DNA of 57,925 nt from an uncultured bacterium (GTDB taxonomy: Bacteria > Babelota > Babeliae > Babelales > CAIQNR01): positions 1-57,925 of the forward strand of contig CAIQNR010000039.1 of the NCBI GenBank assembly GCA_903873255.1, given 5' to 3'. The position numbers and the translations under genes are program-made. The notes beneath the pieces were generated by a model. That model did not search any database, was not told the DNA's origin, and was given only the letters and a program-made list of their open reading frames with translations. Below, piece by piece: positions 9,164 through 17,798 of the stretch (within the stretch, counting starts at the first letter, position 1; the number at the start of each line of letters is the position of its first letter).

Positions 9164-10027
9164 TTATTCAGGTTTCTTTGGTTCTTCAACCGCAGGCTTA
9201 TTACCTGTATAACGTCTGCTTGAAACTTTAAGAACCTTACGTTGTGTTTGAGCTACAGGAATACCCATTACTGGACGTTCTGAGCTTTGTTCAACTGGAG
9301 CATGGTGCGCTTCTTGCTGAGGTCTTTCTGAAGGAGTTTCTGTGTGAGGATATGGTTGAACCATTGGTTCTCTATGTCTTCTTTCAGAATTTTCATCACC
9401 GCCAGATCTACGCTGACCTCTTCGGTCATCATTACGTCTATCTGATCGTCCACCATTGCCGCGTCTATCTCTTCTTTGGCCTTCACCGTCATTGTCTTGT
9501 TGTCTTACATATCGTTCTCTTGGCTCTTGACTGACTGTTTCTAGTCTTTCTTCAGGTCGTTCTTCATGAACTGGGCGAGAAGGTCTTGGCTGTTGAGTTG
9601 GACGAATTGCTGATTTAGGTTGTTCATGAGAGTTGTTTTTTGCTGGTCGCTCTGTGCGTTCCATGCGCTCTGGTCTTTCCGCGCGTTCTGTACGTTCCAT
9701 ACGATCAGGTCGTTCTGTACGCTCTGTGCGTTCAGGTTTTTCATTGCGTGCTGTGCGCTCTAACCTGTCAGTATAAGATGTGTTTTGGTGCGGTCTATTT
9801 TGTGGACGTTGATTTTGTCCATGAGGTCGGCGGTCATTTGTTCTGACTTGTTCTTCTTCAAAAAAGATTCCAACCTTTGCAGATTTTTTTGTGAATCCTA
9901 AGAAGTTTTTTTCGCCTATTTCATAAATTTTTACAGAAAATGCCTGTGGCTTGCCTGCTCGCTCCCATGCTTTTTCTATAGCTTTGGCAATCGATGATGC
10001 CTCTTCAACCAATGATTTCATTTTCAA
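9164..10027 (-). CDS. Jag_N-domain protein with Arg/Glu/Pro-rich repeat tail (no recognisable KH/R3H)
   Basis: The N-terminal ~55 aa (VEEASSIAKAIEKAWERAGKPQAFSVKIYEIGEKNFLGFTKKSAKVGIFFEE) match the Jag/KhpB N-domain pattern. The gene has the syntenic position just upstream of mnmE. The remaining ~230 aa are low-complexity R/E/P/Q sequence including ERTERP-type repeats. Confidence 0.7.
   Translation of the reverse strand: MKMKSLVEEASSIAKAIEKAWERAGKPQAFSVKIYEIGEKNFLGFTKKSAKVGIFFEEEQVRTNDRRPHGQNQRPQNRPHQNTSYTDRLERTARNEKPERTERTERPDRMERTERAERPERMERTERPAKNNSHEQPKSAIRPTQQPRPSRPVHEERPEERLETVSQEPRERYVRQQDNDGEGQRRDRRGNGGRSDRRNDDRRGQRRSGGDENSERRHREPMVQPYPHTETPSERPQQEAHHAPVEQSSERPVMGIPVAQTQRKVLKVSSRRYTGNKPAVEEPKKPE
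9644..9766 (-). repeat. coding short tandem repeats (ERTERP/ERMERTERP units) inside the jag-like gene
   Basis: The protein segment reads RLERTARNEKPERTERTERPDRMERTERAERPERMERTERP. The DNA shows reiterated gttctgtacg / gcgctctg units. Confidence 0.7.
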
Positions 10028-10252
10028 TTAGCCTTTCGTTTCGCGGAACTTTAACGTGTTTTGAGCAATACACCACTTGGATAGTATAGCAAAATGGTAG
10101 ATAGATAGTAAATAAAGTATGTATTTAGTGATTTTTAAGCTTATCTTAAAACTTTCTTTGTGATGTTTCGATGAGGGCGTTCCGTTTGGAAGCCCTGTTT
10201 CCTTATGCTTTTGGTCAGTCAAAGGAAATCTCCAATTACTGTGATTGTAATT

Positions 10253-10328
10253 TGGAGCGGAAGACGGGATTCGAACCCGCGACCTTTGCCATGGCAAGGC
10301 AACGCTCTACCAGCTGAGCTACTTCCGC
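10253..10328 (-). tRNA. tRNA-Gly (anticodon GCC), CCA encoded
   Basis: The reverse complement folds as a cloverleaf: acceptor GCGGAAG/CTTCCGC, D-arm GCTC-AGCTGGTA-GAGC, anticodon arm TTGCC-TTGCCAT-GGCAA, T-arm GCGGG-TTCGAAT-CCCGT, then T-CCA. Confidence 0.95.
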
Positions 10329-10442
10329 ATATAAATATGCGCTTAAACTTAGCATATGACACGTAAAAGTCAACGTTTTGAAATAGTTGTGTATAGTAAT
10401 GAGCGTATGAAGATTAAAAGGTATTTGTTATAGGAGTGAAAA

Positions 10443-11045
10443 ATGTTGACGTATATTACTGGTAAAGTAGTCCTTGTTGGAGAGGGCTGCGTAACATTAG
10501 ATGTTTTTGGTTTTGGTTTGCAATTCCAAGTTCCATCAACTGAAATTTTCAATAACAAAGAAACTGCAACCTTACATGTTCATATGTATTGGAATGCGGA
10601 AAATGGCCCCTCTTTTTTTGGTTTTTCTTCAGAATCTGAAAAAAAATTATTTTTACTTGTGATTAGTTGTTCAGGAATTGGGCCTAAGATGGCCCTTTCT
10701 TTATTAGCGCAGCTTCCTTCCGCGTTACTTATTAAAGCAATTCAAGAAAATGATGAAAAAGCTTTAAGTAGTGTAAGTGGTATTGGCCCTAAAAAAGCTG
10801 AACAAATTATTGTTCAATTACGGCATAAACTTGGGAAATTATTAGATTCAGGGCTTGTGGTTGAAGGAAAAGATTCTATTTCTATGGAGGAATGGAAAAA
10901 CGTTACACAGGTGCTACAGTCGCTTAATTATTCTAAAGGAGAAGTGGAGATGGCTCTTTCTCATATAAGAAAAGAGAATCAGGGTGGCGCTAACTTTGAT
11001 TTTTTAATGCGTCAAGCCCTATCGTTTTTGGCTAAACGGGTTTAA
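10443..11045 (+). CDS. ruvA: Holliday junction branch migration complex subunit RuvA
   Basis: 200 aa with MLTYITGKV...GCVTLDVFGFGLQFQVP and HhH motifs (SGIGPKMALSLL, VSGIGPKKAEQII). Confidence 0.9.
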   Translation: MLTYITGKVVLVGEGCVTLDVFGFGLQFQVPSTEIFNNKETATLHVHMYWNAENGPSFFGFSSESEKKLFLLVISCSGIGPKMALSLLAQLPSALLIKAIQENDEKALSSVSGIGPKKAEQIIVQLRHKLGKLLDSGLVVEGKDSISMEEWKNVTQVLQSLNYSKGEVEMALSHIRKENQGGANFDFLMRQALSFLAKRV

Positions 11046-11064
11046 TTTTACAAAAGGAAATTAC

Positions 11065-12390
11065 ATGTTTTTATCTATAGTATGTGATGTGCTTTATAGT
11101 ATTTGCTCAAAAATTGATGAGTTTTTTGCGTTACCGTCACTTATAATGTTTCTTGCTATTGGTATATTTCTTACTATTAAAACAAAATTTGTACAGTTCA
11201 GAGCATTTGGTCGATTTATGAGTTTGCTATCGCGGGGTGTAAAACATACGCATGTTAAAAATGAAAAATCGATTAATCCTTTTCATGCTTTGCTCACTTC
11301 TATGGCAACAACTATTGGTATGGGAAATATTGTAGGGCCAACAATTGCTATTAGTACCGGCGGTCCAGGGGCGCTTTTTTGGTTGGTAGCATATTCATTT
11401 TTTGGTGCAGTTGTTAAATTTACTGAAGTGTCCTTTGCAATCAATTTTCGTACTCGTTTAGCATCAGGCAATTTAATTGGTGGACCTACTCAATATTTAA
11501 AACAGGTCAGTAATTTTTTAGCTATATGGTATGGTGCGGTGACAGTATTTTTGTTTGCTGGATGGTCCGGTTTGCAGGCAAATACACTGGCTACTATTTT
11601 TGCACTTGAATCTATTCCAAAAACAATCACTGGGCTTGTTCTTGCAGTTATTGTTTTAATTGTTGTACGTGGTGGCATTGTTAGAATAGGAGAGGTTACA
11701 AGTAAATTAGTTCCTTTTATGTTTGTTATGTATGTGACCTTTACTTTAAGCATTATACTTTCAGACATTTCAGGTTTATGGTCAGCGCTTTGTTTAGTAG
11801 TTGCAAGTGCATTTTCACCAAGCGCAGCGGTTGGTGGATTTTTAGGAGCATCAGTTATTGCTGCTATGCGCCAAGGAATTAATAGAAATATTTATATTAC
11901 TGAAGCGGGTCTTGGAACTTCAAGTATTGCCCATTCTATGGCTGATACACAGCATGCAACAGATCAAGCAATTTTGGCTATGTACTCAATTATAGCAGAT
12001 ACTTTTTTGATGATACTATCAGGTCTTTTAATTTTAGTTACCGGCCTTTGGAGCCGAGGTGCATTTAGTAATACTTTGGTATACGAAGCTTTTAAGACCT
12101 ACTCACCTGGTTTTGGTAAATGGGTGCTTTTGGCAAGTGTAATGCTTTTTGTTGTTACAACGGTGATTGGAAATAGTTTTAATGCAAGTCAAAGTTTTGC
12201 ATCATTTACTAAGTATCGTTGGATGAATTGGTATTATGCATTTTTAGCGCTTGTTGTTGTGCTTGGTGCTCATGCTCAGGTACCGCTTGTGTGGAAGATT
12301 ATGGATGTGATGCAGATTATGGTTGCTGTTCCACACATACTTGGTCTTTTTATTTTAACACTCAAACGGTCTGATGTTTTAAAGATTTAG
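11065..12390 (+). CDS. alanine/glycine:cation symporter (AGCS family)
   Basis: 441-aa multi-TM protein with GMGNIVGPTIAISTGGPGALFWLV, typical of AGCS amino-acid carriers. Confidence 0.85.
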   Translation: MFLSIVCDVLYSICSKIDEFFALPSLIMFLAIGIFLTIKTKFVQFRAFGRFMSLLSRGVKHTHVKNEKSINPFHALLTSMATTIGMGNIVGPTIAISTGGPGALFWLVAYSFFGAVVKFTEVSFAINFRTRLASGNLIGGPTQYLKQVSNFLAIWYGAVTVFLFAGWSGLQANTLATIFALESIPKTITGLVLAVIVLIVVRGGIVRIGEVTSKLVPFMFVMYVTFTLSIILSDISGLWSALCLVVASAFSPSAAVGGFLGASVIAAMRQGINRNIYITEAGLGTSSIAHSMADTQHATDQAILAMYSIIADTFLMILSGLLILVTGLWSRGAFSNTLVYEAFKTYSPGFGKWVLLASVMLFVVTTVIGNSFNASQSFASFTKYRWMNWYYAFLALVVVLGAHAQVPLVWKIMDVMQIMVAVPHILGLFILTLKRSDVLKI

Positions 12391-12737
12391 TTTAATTCAT
12401 CATTACTATTAATAAGTACAATTAAAGGTTGGCTTTCCGCTTGCTGAGAGTTTTTCTTTTCTGTAAGTGTTTTTCGTAAGAACATTCGGTCAAGTGTATT
12501 TTGCAAAGAAGATGCTAATTGAGAAGAGTGTGATCGTAAAGTTTTAATTTGGTCTTCTGTTAAGTTGTCTGATTCAGAAATTTTTTCATTTAATTTTTTA
12601 ACAGAAGCGAGAAGTCTATCTGTTTGATGATCAAATTTTCTTTGAAGTTCTGCTTGATGTTGATTGCTGTTATCATTATCTGCAGAGGTTAAAGTGTTTA
12701 TAGAAAGCATTAAAAGATATACATAAAAATTTTTCAT
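12387..12737 (-). CDS. hypothetical secreted coiled-coil protein
   Basis: The ORF in the track starts at 12773. The internal ATG at 12737 (MKNFYVYLLMLSINTLTSA) gives a signal peptide and removes the overlap with the upstream gene. Confidence 0.5.
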   Translation of the reverse strand: MKNFYVYLLMLSINTLTSADNDNSNQHQAELQRKFDHQTDRLLASVKKLNEKISESDNLTEDQIKTLRSHSSQLASSLQNTLDRMFLRKTLTEKKNSQQAESQPLIVLINSNDELN

Positions 12738-12750
12738 ACAATACCTTTCT

Positions 12751-13383
12751 TTATATAAAAAAGTAGATTGCAATACTCAGTAGCGCTGCAAAAAAACACC
12801 AGACAGAGGTGAAATATGCAGTATAAATCCATAAAGTGCCAAGTATTGAACCTACAGAAAGTAGGCCAATTATCCATGCTCTTTTTTTGCTTGAAATAAA
12901 AAATGGAGTAATTGTAGCAATAAAGTAGCAGATCATAGCCCATTGTGTGTGTCTGATTGGTATATTTATAGCGTAGGCAATATGGCTGCAAGAAATTTCT
13001 GATGTAACTCCATAATAATAGGAAAGCCATGCAAGCCCTGTTGAAATAGTAATTCCGATTCCCCAGGTCAAATAAAGTAAGTTTTTTTTAAGAACATTAG
13101 TTTCTAGCACAATAAGTGAATAGGGAAGTAATGCTGGCCAAACAAAGAATGCAAAAAAGAGGAATCCAAAAATCATATATCCTGTGTACGTAGGTTCTGT
13201 TGGATCCGCAAGTCCAACCCAAACAAAACCTTCACAGAGTTGTTGCAGTGCAAAAAGGAGTGGTATTGTGGCTAGTATAATTTTTTCATATTGTTTTTTT
13301 TGTAAAACGCGGTTCAGTGTGAGTGCGCCGATAAGAGCAAGAACTGCGCTTGCTCCAAAGCTGGCTTGAGCTGAAAAACACAT
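12751..13383 (-). CDS. multi-pass integral membrane protein, unknown function
   Basis: 210 aa with about 6 hydrophobic helices and the N-terminus MCFSAQASFGAS. No catalytic motif recognised. Confidence 0.6.
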   Translation of the reverse strand: MCFSAQASFGASAVLALIGALTLNRVLQKKQYEKIILATIPLLFALQQLCEGFVWVGLADPTEPTYTGYMIFGFLFFAFFVWPALLPYSLIVLETNVLKKNLLYLTWGIGITISTGLAWLSYYYGVTSEISCSHIAYAINIPIRHTQWAMICYFIATITPFFISSKKRAWIIGLLSVGSILGTLWIYTAYFTSVWCFFAALLSIAIYFFI

Positions 13384-13460
13384 ATTTTATTCCCCTTTAA
13401 TAAAACTGATAGAACTGTCAGTATGCAAAAAAAGGGAAAAGATTGTACAGAGATTGATGA

Positions 13461-15659
13461 TTATGAGGTTTGATTAACTTCTTGTTGTGAGGTTGCAATA
13501 TGTTTTATTGGGTCATGTTTTTCAAAGCCAAGTGATACAATTTTATCAATTAATTCCATAGGTTTAATACCAATCTCTGCAGCTTGATGGAACAAACAGG
13601 TTGCAGGTGTAAGTGCTGGAAGTGAATTAATTTCTAAAACAATAACACGTTCTTTTTTTGTTGGACTTGTGGTTGCAGATTGATAAAAACAATCAATGCG
13701 CGCATATCCAGCACATCCAACTGCGGTATATACTTTTTCCATTGTCCGTTTAACAAGTTCAAGTGCTGTTTTTGGTAGTGGAGCGGGTGTTTGATTTTCT
13801 CCAGCTCCTGGTAAGAATTTTTCTTCTATACTTAAAATTCCATTATTTGCAACAGCTTGGCTGGGAGGAAGTGCTTGTACAGTATCATTGCCTAGTACGC
13901 CAACGGTTAGTTCCATACCAATAATATATTCTTCGATAAGTGCGTAATTTTTACCATGTTCAAAAATTTTTGTAAGTGCAGAAAGCAGTTGTTCTTGATT
14001 ATCAGCTTTGGCCACCATTACGCTGCAGCCATCATCATGAGGTTTAATAACAAGAGGATAAGGGATTAATGATGTTATGTGCGCAATTGTTTTTTCTTGA
14101 TTTTGTAACCATTCAGATTTTGCAACTAAGAAATTTTTAGGAATTTCAAAACCTTGTGCATGTAAAAATGAGTTAGTTGCATATTTGTCCATAGCAAGTG
14201 CGCTGGTAAGAACAGATGAGCCATTATAGGGAATTTTAAGTGTTTCAAGCATGCCTTGTACCGCGCCATTTTCTCCAAGTCCGCCATGCAAAGCAATAAA
14301 AATAAAATCGAATTTATCTGAAAGGGATGCCCATGTTATTTTTGTGGATCGATCAAGGTCATATTCTATTTCTGATGTGGTATTATGCACCAATAATTTT
14401 TGATTTAAGGGGTACAGTTCCATGTTTGAATCTATAAAAAGTGGCGTTACTTCATATGTATGTGGAGACAACTTGTAACATACATTGCGACCAGAATTAA
14501 GTGATGTTTCTTTTTCATTAGAAGTTCCTCCAAGAAGTACACCAATTCGAATTTTTGCAGTGGTAGAATTTTGTTCCATAGCATTTCTTGTTGCCTCTAT
14601 TTCTAAATTATAATTTTTTAGTTCGCTTGCAATTAAATAGTTAATGATATCAGTGTGACTCATATTAAGTTGTGCTGCTTGATTGAAAAAAAAGCTTGAA
14701 GGTGACATGCCACAAAGTGTATTGGGATCGATAATGACAACAGAACCGTCTTGCTTTAAAAAGCCGTCAATACGAGAAATGGTAGAAAAATTAAGCGCTT
14801 TCATAACCCTTAAACAGGTTTCTTGAATAGTTGTAGTGTCATGCTGTGAGCAACGAGCAGGAGTGAATTTTTGTGCAAATCCAGGCATATATTTATGTTC
14901 ATAATCCAGAAGTTTAGCACCTTTATTGAGGGTTAATTCTGTTGGAGGAAGAGCGAGGATTTTTCCTGTTTCTGGATCTACTAGTGTTACACATGTAAAT
15001 TCCATACCCTCAATTTTTTCTTCTATAAGTACTGGTTGTGGAGCACTAGAAATATAGAGAGCTTTAGAGATTGCAGGGATAAGTTCTTCGGTTGAATAAA
15101 CAGCCGAAATTCCAAAGCTAGAGCCTTCATGGGCTGGTTTTATTACAACAGGAAAAGAGATTTTTTTTACAGAGAGTTCTTTAAGTATGTCATCAATTAT
15201 AAGTGGTGTATTCGGGTAAATAGTAATTGAATGTGGTGTTTGAATGTTATACATAGAAAGTATTTTCTTTTGCATAGATTTGTCCATGCCAAGTGCGCTA
15301 CCCAAAATTTTAGATCCTAAGTAGGGAATGCCAAGTACTTCAAGAAGGCCTTGCATGCGGCCATCTTCTGCATAGTAGCCATGTTGTGCAATGTACATAA
15401 AATCAATATTTTTTTTAAGATCATCCCATGCTATTTGTTCGGCTTCTTGTTGTAGTCTATGTTCAAAGTCAGTGATTTTACCTCGGTATAAAAAGCTCCA
15501 AGGTAGAATATAAAGATTATTTTGTTGAGTTTGGAAAAGAGGAATTGCTTCATAGCGGTTTGTATCTAAGTGATCACAAATGGTGCGCCCCGAGTTTAAA
15601 GATACTTCTCGCTCGATTGACATACCTCCCATTAAAACACCAATTCTGACTTTTTTCAT
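13461..15659 (-). CDS. ddl: tandem-fused D-alanine--D-alanine ligase (two complete Ddl/ATP-grasp modules in one 732-aa protein)
   Basis: Module 1 (aa 1-350) reads VRIGVLMGGMSIEREVSLNSGRTI...IALHG-like...ISRIDGFL...IIDPNTLCGMSPSS. Module 2 (aa 368-732) reads IRIGVLLGGTSNEKETSLNSGRNV...FIALHGGLGENGAVQG...YARIDCF...LEINSLPALTPAT. Confidence 0.9.
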   Translation of the reverse strand: MKKVRIGVLMGGMSIEREVSLNSGRTICDHLDTNRYEAIPLFQTQQNNLYILPWSFLYRGKITDFEHRLQQEAEQIAWDDLKKNIDFMYIAQHGYYAEDGRMQGLLEVLGIPYLGSKILGSALGMDKSMQKKILSMYNIQTPHSITIYPNTPLIIDDILKELSVKKISFPVVIKPAHEGSSFGISAVYSTEELIPAISKALYISSAPQPVLIEEKIEGMEFTCVTLVDPETGKILALPPTELTLNKGAKLLDYEHKYMPGFAQKFTPARCSQHDTTTIQETCLRVMKALNFSTISRIDGFLKQDGSVVIIDPNTLCGMSPSSFFFNQAAQLNMSHTDIINYLIASELKNYNLEIEATRNAMEQNSTTAKIRIGVLLGGTSNEKETSLNSGRNVCYKLSPHTYEVTPLFIDSNMELYPLNQKLLVHNTTSEIEYDLDRSTKITWASLSDKFDFIFIALHGGLGENGAVQGMLETLKIPYNGSSVLTSALAMDKYATNSFLHAQGFEIPKNFLVAKSEWLQNQEKTIAHITSLIPYPLVIKPHDDGCSVMVAKADNQEQLLSALTKIFEHGKNYALIEEYIIGMELTVGVLGNDTVQALPPSQAVANNGILSIEEKFLPGAGENQTPAPLPKTALELVKRTMEKVYTAVGCAGYARIDCFYQSATTSPTKKERVIVLEINSLPALTPATCLFHQAAEIGIKPMELIDKIVSLGFEKHDPIKHIATSQQEVNQTS

Positions 15660-15735
15660 GCGCTTAAAACCTTATAATGATCGTAATAATGCTTCTAGTA
15701 TAACGAAAAATTACAGAGATAAAAAAATAATATTT

Positions 15736-16818
15736 TTAATCTATCCAGATAAATTTTACACGCAGTTGAATATTGGTGAGCATGTTCCAGACAATTTCAG
15801 AAGTATGAGGCGCGACTTGTTCTAAGGGCAGTCCTTCCCCCCATAAAACAACAGAGTCACCAACATGTGCCTGAGGATAGTTGCGTAAATCAACCATAAT
15901 CATATCCATAGAAACACGTCCAATGAGTGGACATATAATATCATTAACAAGCAAAGGAGTTCCATCGCGAGCAGAGATTGGGTAGCCATCACCGTATCCA
16001 CAGGCAACAACTCCCACAAGCATTGTTTCGGGGCAAATATACCGTGCGCCATACCCAATAGCAGATCCTTTTTGCATTATTTTGGTAGAAATAAGTTTTG
16101 TTTTAAAGGTCATAACAGGCTTAAGCCCAAGGGATTTTCCTGAAGTGGCCGGTAGCGGTGATATGCCATACAGAGCAATACCAGGGCGTACATAGTTGTA
16201 ATGATGATCTGGAAAATTAAAAATAGCAGCAGAATTGCAGAGACTAAATTCACTTTCAATTGGTCTAATATATTCAGTAAAAAGTGTTATTTGCTTAGCA
16301 TTAAGTGGATTATTTTTATCATCACTACATGCAAAGTGGGAAAGCATACGTATAGGTTTGTTGATGAGGGGATGTGTAATAAGTTGGTTGTAAAAAATAA
16401 GCGCATCATCAAGTGAAAAACCGAGTCTGCCCATGCCGGTATTAATTTTTATCCATGCATTAAGTGGTTGTGTAAGGTCACTTGTAGCGAGCCATTCAAT
16501 TTGTTGCTGATCATGAAATACGACATGAAAATTATGCTCAGCTGCAATCTCAAATTCATCACGGTCAAAAACACCTTCCATAAGTAAAATGGGAGTTGTG
16601 ATTCCTACCTTACGTAATATAAGTGCTTCATCAATTGAGGCAACGCCAAACATATCAACATATCCTTCTAGCCTCATTGCTACCGATCTAATTCCATGGC
16701 CATACGCATTGGATTTAACCATGGCAATAATTTTTGCAGAGCCAATTTTTTGTCTAAGAGTGGCAACGTTATGGAGAAGATTTTTTTTTGAAAGTATGGC
16801 AATGGTCGGACGGGACAT
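15736..16818 (-). CDS. alr: alanine racemase
   Basis: 360 aa with the PLP-lysine motif AMVKSNAYGHG and the C-terminal VSMDMIMVDL pattern. Confidence 0.95.
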   Translation of the reverse strand: MSRPTIAILSKKNLLHNVATLRQKIGSAKIIAMVKSNAYGHGIRSVAMRLEGYVDMFGVASIDEALILRKVGITTPILLMEGVFDRDEFEIAAEHNFHVVFHDQQQIEWLATSDLTQPLNAWIKINTGMGRLGFSLDDALIFYNQLITHPLINKPIRMLSHFACSDDKNNPLNAKQITLFTEYIRPIESEFSLCNSAAIFNFPDHHYNYVRPGIALYGISPLPATSGKSLGLKPVMTFKTKLISTKIMQKGSAIGYGARYICPETMLVGVVACGYGDGYPISARDGTPLLVNDIICPLIGRVSMDMIMVDLRNYPQAHVGDSVVLWGEGLPLEQVAPHTSEIVWNMLTNIQLRVKFIWID

Positions 16819-16840
16819 TAGAGTTCCTTGTGGTCAATTT

Positions 16841-17415
16841 CTAATTGTTTTTTTCATAACTAAAATTCAATACCACTAGAATAATTTTTTTGCCAAGTTT
16901 TGCATAGGGCTGGCTGTATCGTTTCTCTTCGATTTGTTTAAGGGCAGCTTGGGGGGATTTGTTAAGTTTAACTTCAAAAATATAGATGTATTTTTCTGTC
17001 GAGCAATTTACCAGTATTTTAGGTTGGGGTATTTACTGTCGAGCAATTTAACAGCACTGCCCAATGAAGAAGCTACTAAATATGTGATACCTGTTACACC
17101 TGCAAATGCTGCAGCGCAAAACAAAGTAGTACCTGATACTATTCTAACTCTTCTAAAGGATCGCTTAGCAAAAAATTCGTCAGCAAATTTTCTTTTTGCG
17201 TCGCATTCTTCTTTTGTTTTGCCATAAAATATTCCCAGAGCTTGGGCTCCAGCTACTTTATCAGCAGCAATAAGTAATAATGACCTTGCTGTAAGAGCAT
17301 ATCCTGTATATAAGACATTTTGTAATGTGTCATCTATACAGTCTTTAGTGGTGTATTTGCCTTCAAAACGTTTTTCTATTGATAACCCTAGGTGTAGTGT
17401 CTGTATATAATTATT
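16841..17415 (-). pseudogene. decayed PD-(D/E)XK nuclease family (DUF1703/PDDEXK_9-like) gene remnant, start-less and frameshifted by a 41-nt duplication
   Basis: The minus strand has two stop-free reading frames with no ATG, 17008-17415 and 16841-17032. The distal one ends KYIYIFEVKLNKSPQAALKQIEEKRYSQPYAKLGKKIILVVLNFSYEKNN*, which matches the C-terminal ExK block I recall for the PDDEXK_9 family. The two frames are separated by a direct repeat ctgtcgagcaattta (16996-17010 and 17036-17050). Removing one copy fuses ...AVKLLDSKY to IYIFEVK in frame. Confidence 0.45.
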
Positions 17416-17504
17416 TCATATTGAATTAATTGTTGATTTTTAATACCGCAATAGTTTAAGATAATGTATAAGGTATTGTTTCTAGAAAAAATGGAGAAGT
17501 TATA

Positions 17505-17798
17505 ATGAAAAAGATACTAATTAGCTTGGCAATAATAAGCTCATTTGTGCTGCAAGCTTCTGAAAAAACTGAAGAAAAATTATCAAGTACAATGTGTGGT
17601 ACCTTAGAAAGATGGTCAAAGAAAGCCTCTGGTGGTACTCATCCGCGGGCTCTTATTGGGCCTGTTTTGTCCCATACAGCGCATTATTTTGGGTGTATTA
17701 ATCCAGATACAAGTAAGAATTTTAAAAAAATGATTGATAAAACTCATCATACTTATTTGCGTGGGTATAAGAAGATTACAGGCGAAAGTGAGTTTTAA
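17505..17798 (+). CDS. hypothetical small secreted protein
   Basis: 97 aa with a signal peptide (MKKILISLAIISSFVLQA). Its stop overlaps the start of the next gene (TAATG). Confidence 0.5.
   Translation: MKKILISLAIISSFVLQASEKTEEKLSSTMCGTLERWSKKASGGTHPRALIGPVLSHTAHYFGCINPDTSKNFKKMIDKTHHTYLRGYKKITGESEF

Noticed and set aside
9244-9846. Four overlapping ORFs (60-96 aa, both strands) inside the jag-like gene. I also checked the short tandem repeats here as a possible CRISPR-like array.
   Set aside because: They are shadow frames of a repetitive coding region. The repeats are 12-15 nt, contiguous and in frame (ERTERP). There are no spacers and no cas genes, so this is not a CRISPR array.
10181-10204. 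Hairpin agggc-g-ttcc gttt ggaa-gccct downstream of tRNA-Gly as a terminator
   Set aside because: On the minus strand, which is the tRNA's strand, no U-run follows. On the plus strand no gene ends nearby. Its function is undetermined.
10028-10297. 89-aa minus-strand ORF in the track
   Set aside because: It runs through the tRNA-Gly(GCC) gene (10253-10328) and its downstream spacer, and its N-terminus is simply the translated tRNA. I treat it as spurious.
16934-17227. 97-aa plus-strand ORF
   Set aside because: It lies antisense to the more convincing PD-(D/E)XK-like pseudogene frames, has no RBS, and has low-complexity composition. It is most likely a shadow ORF.
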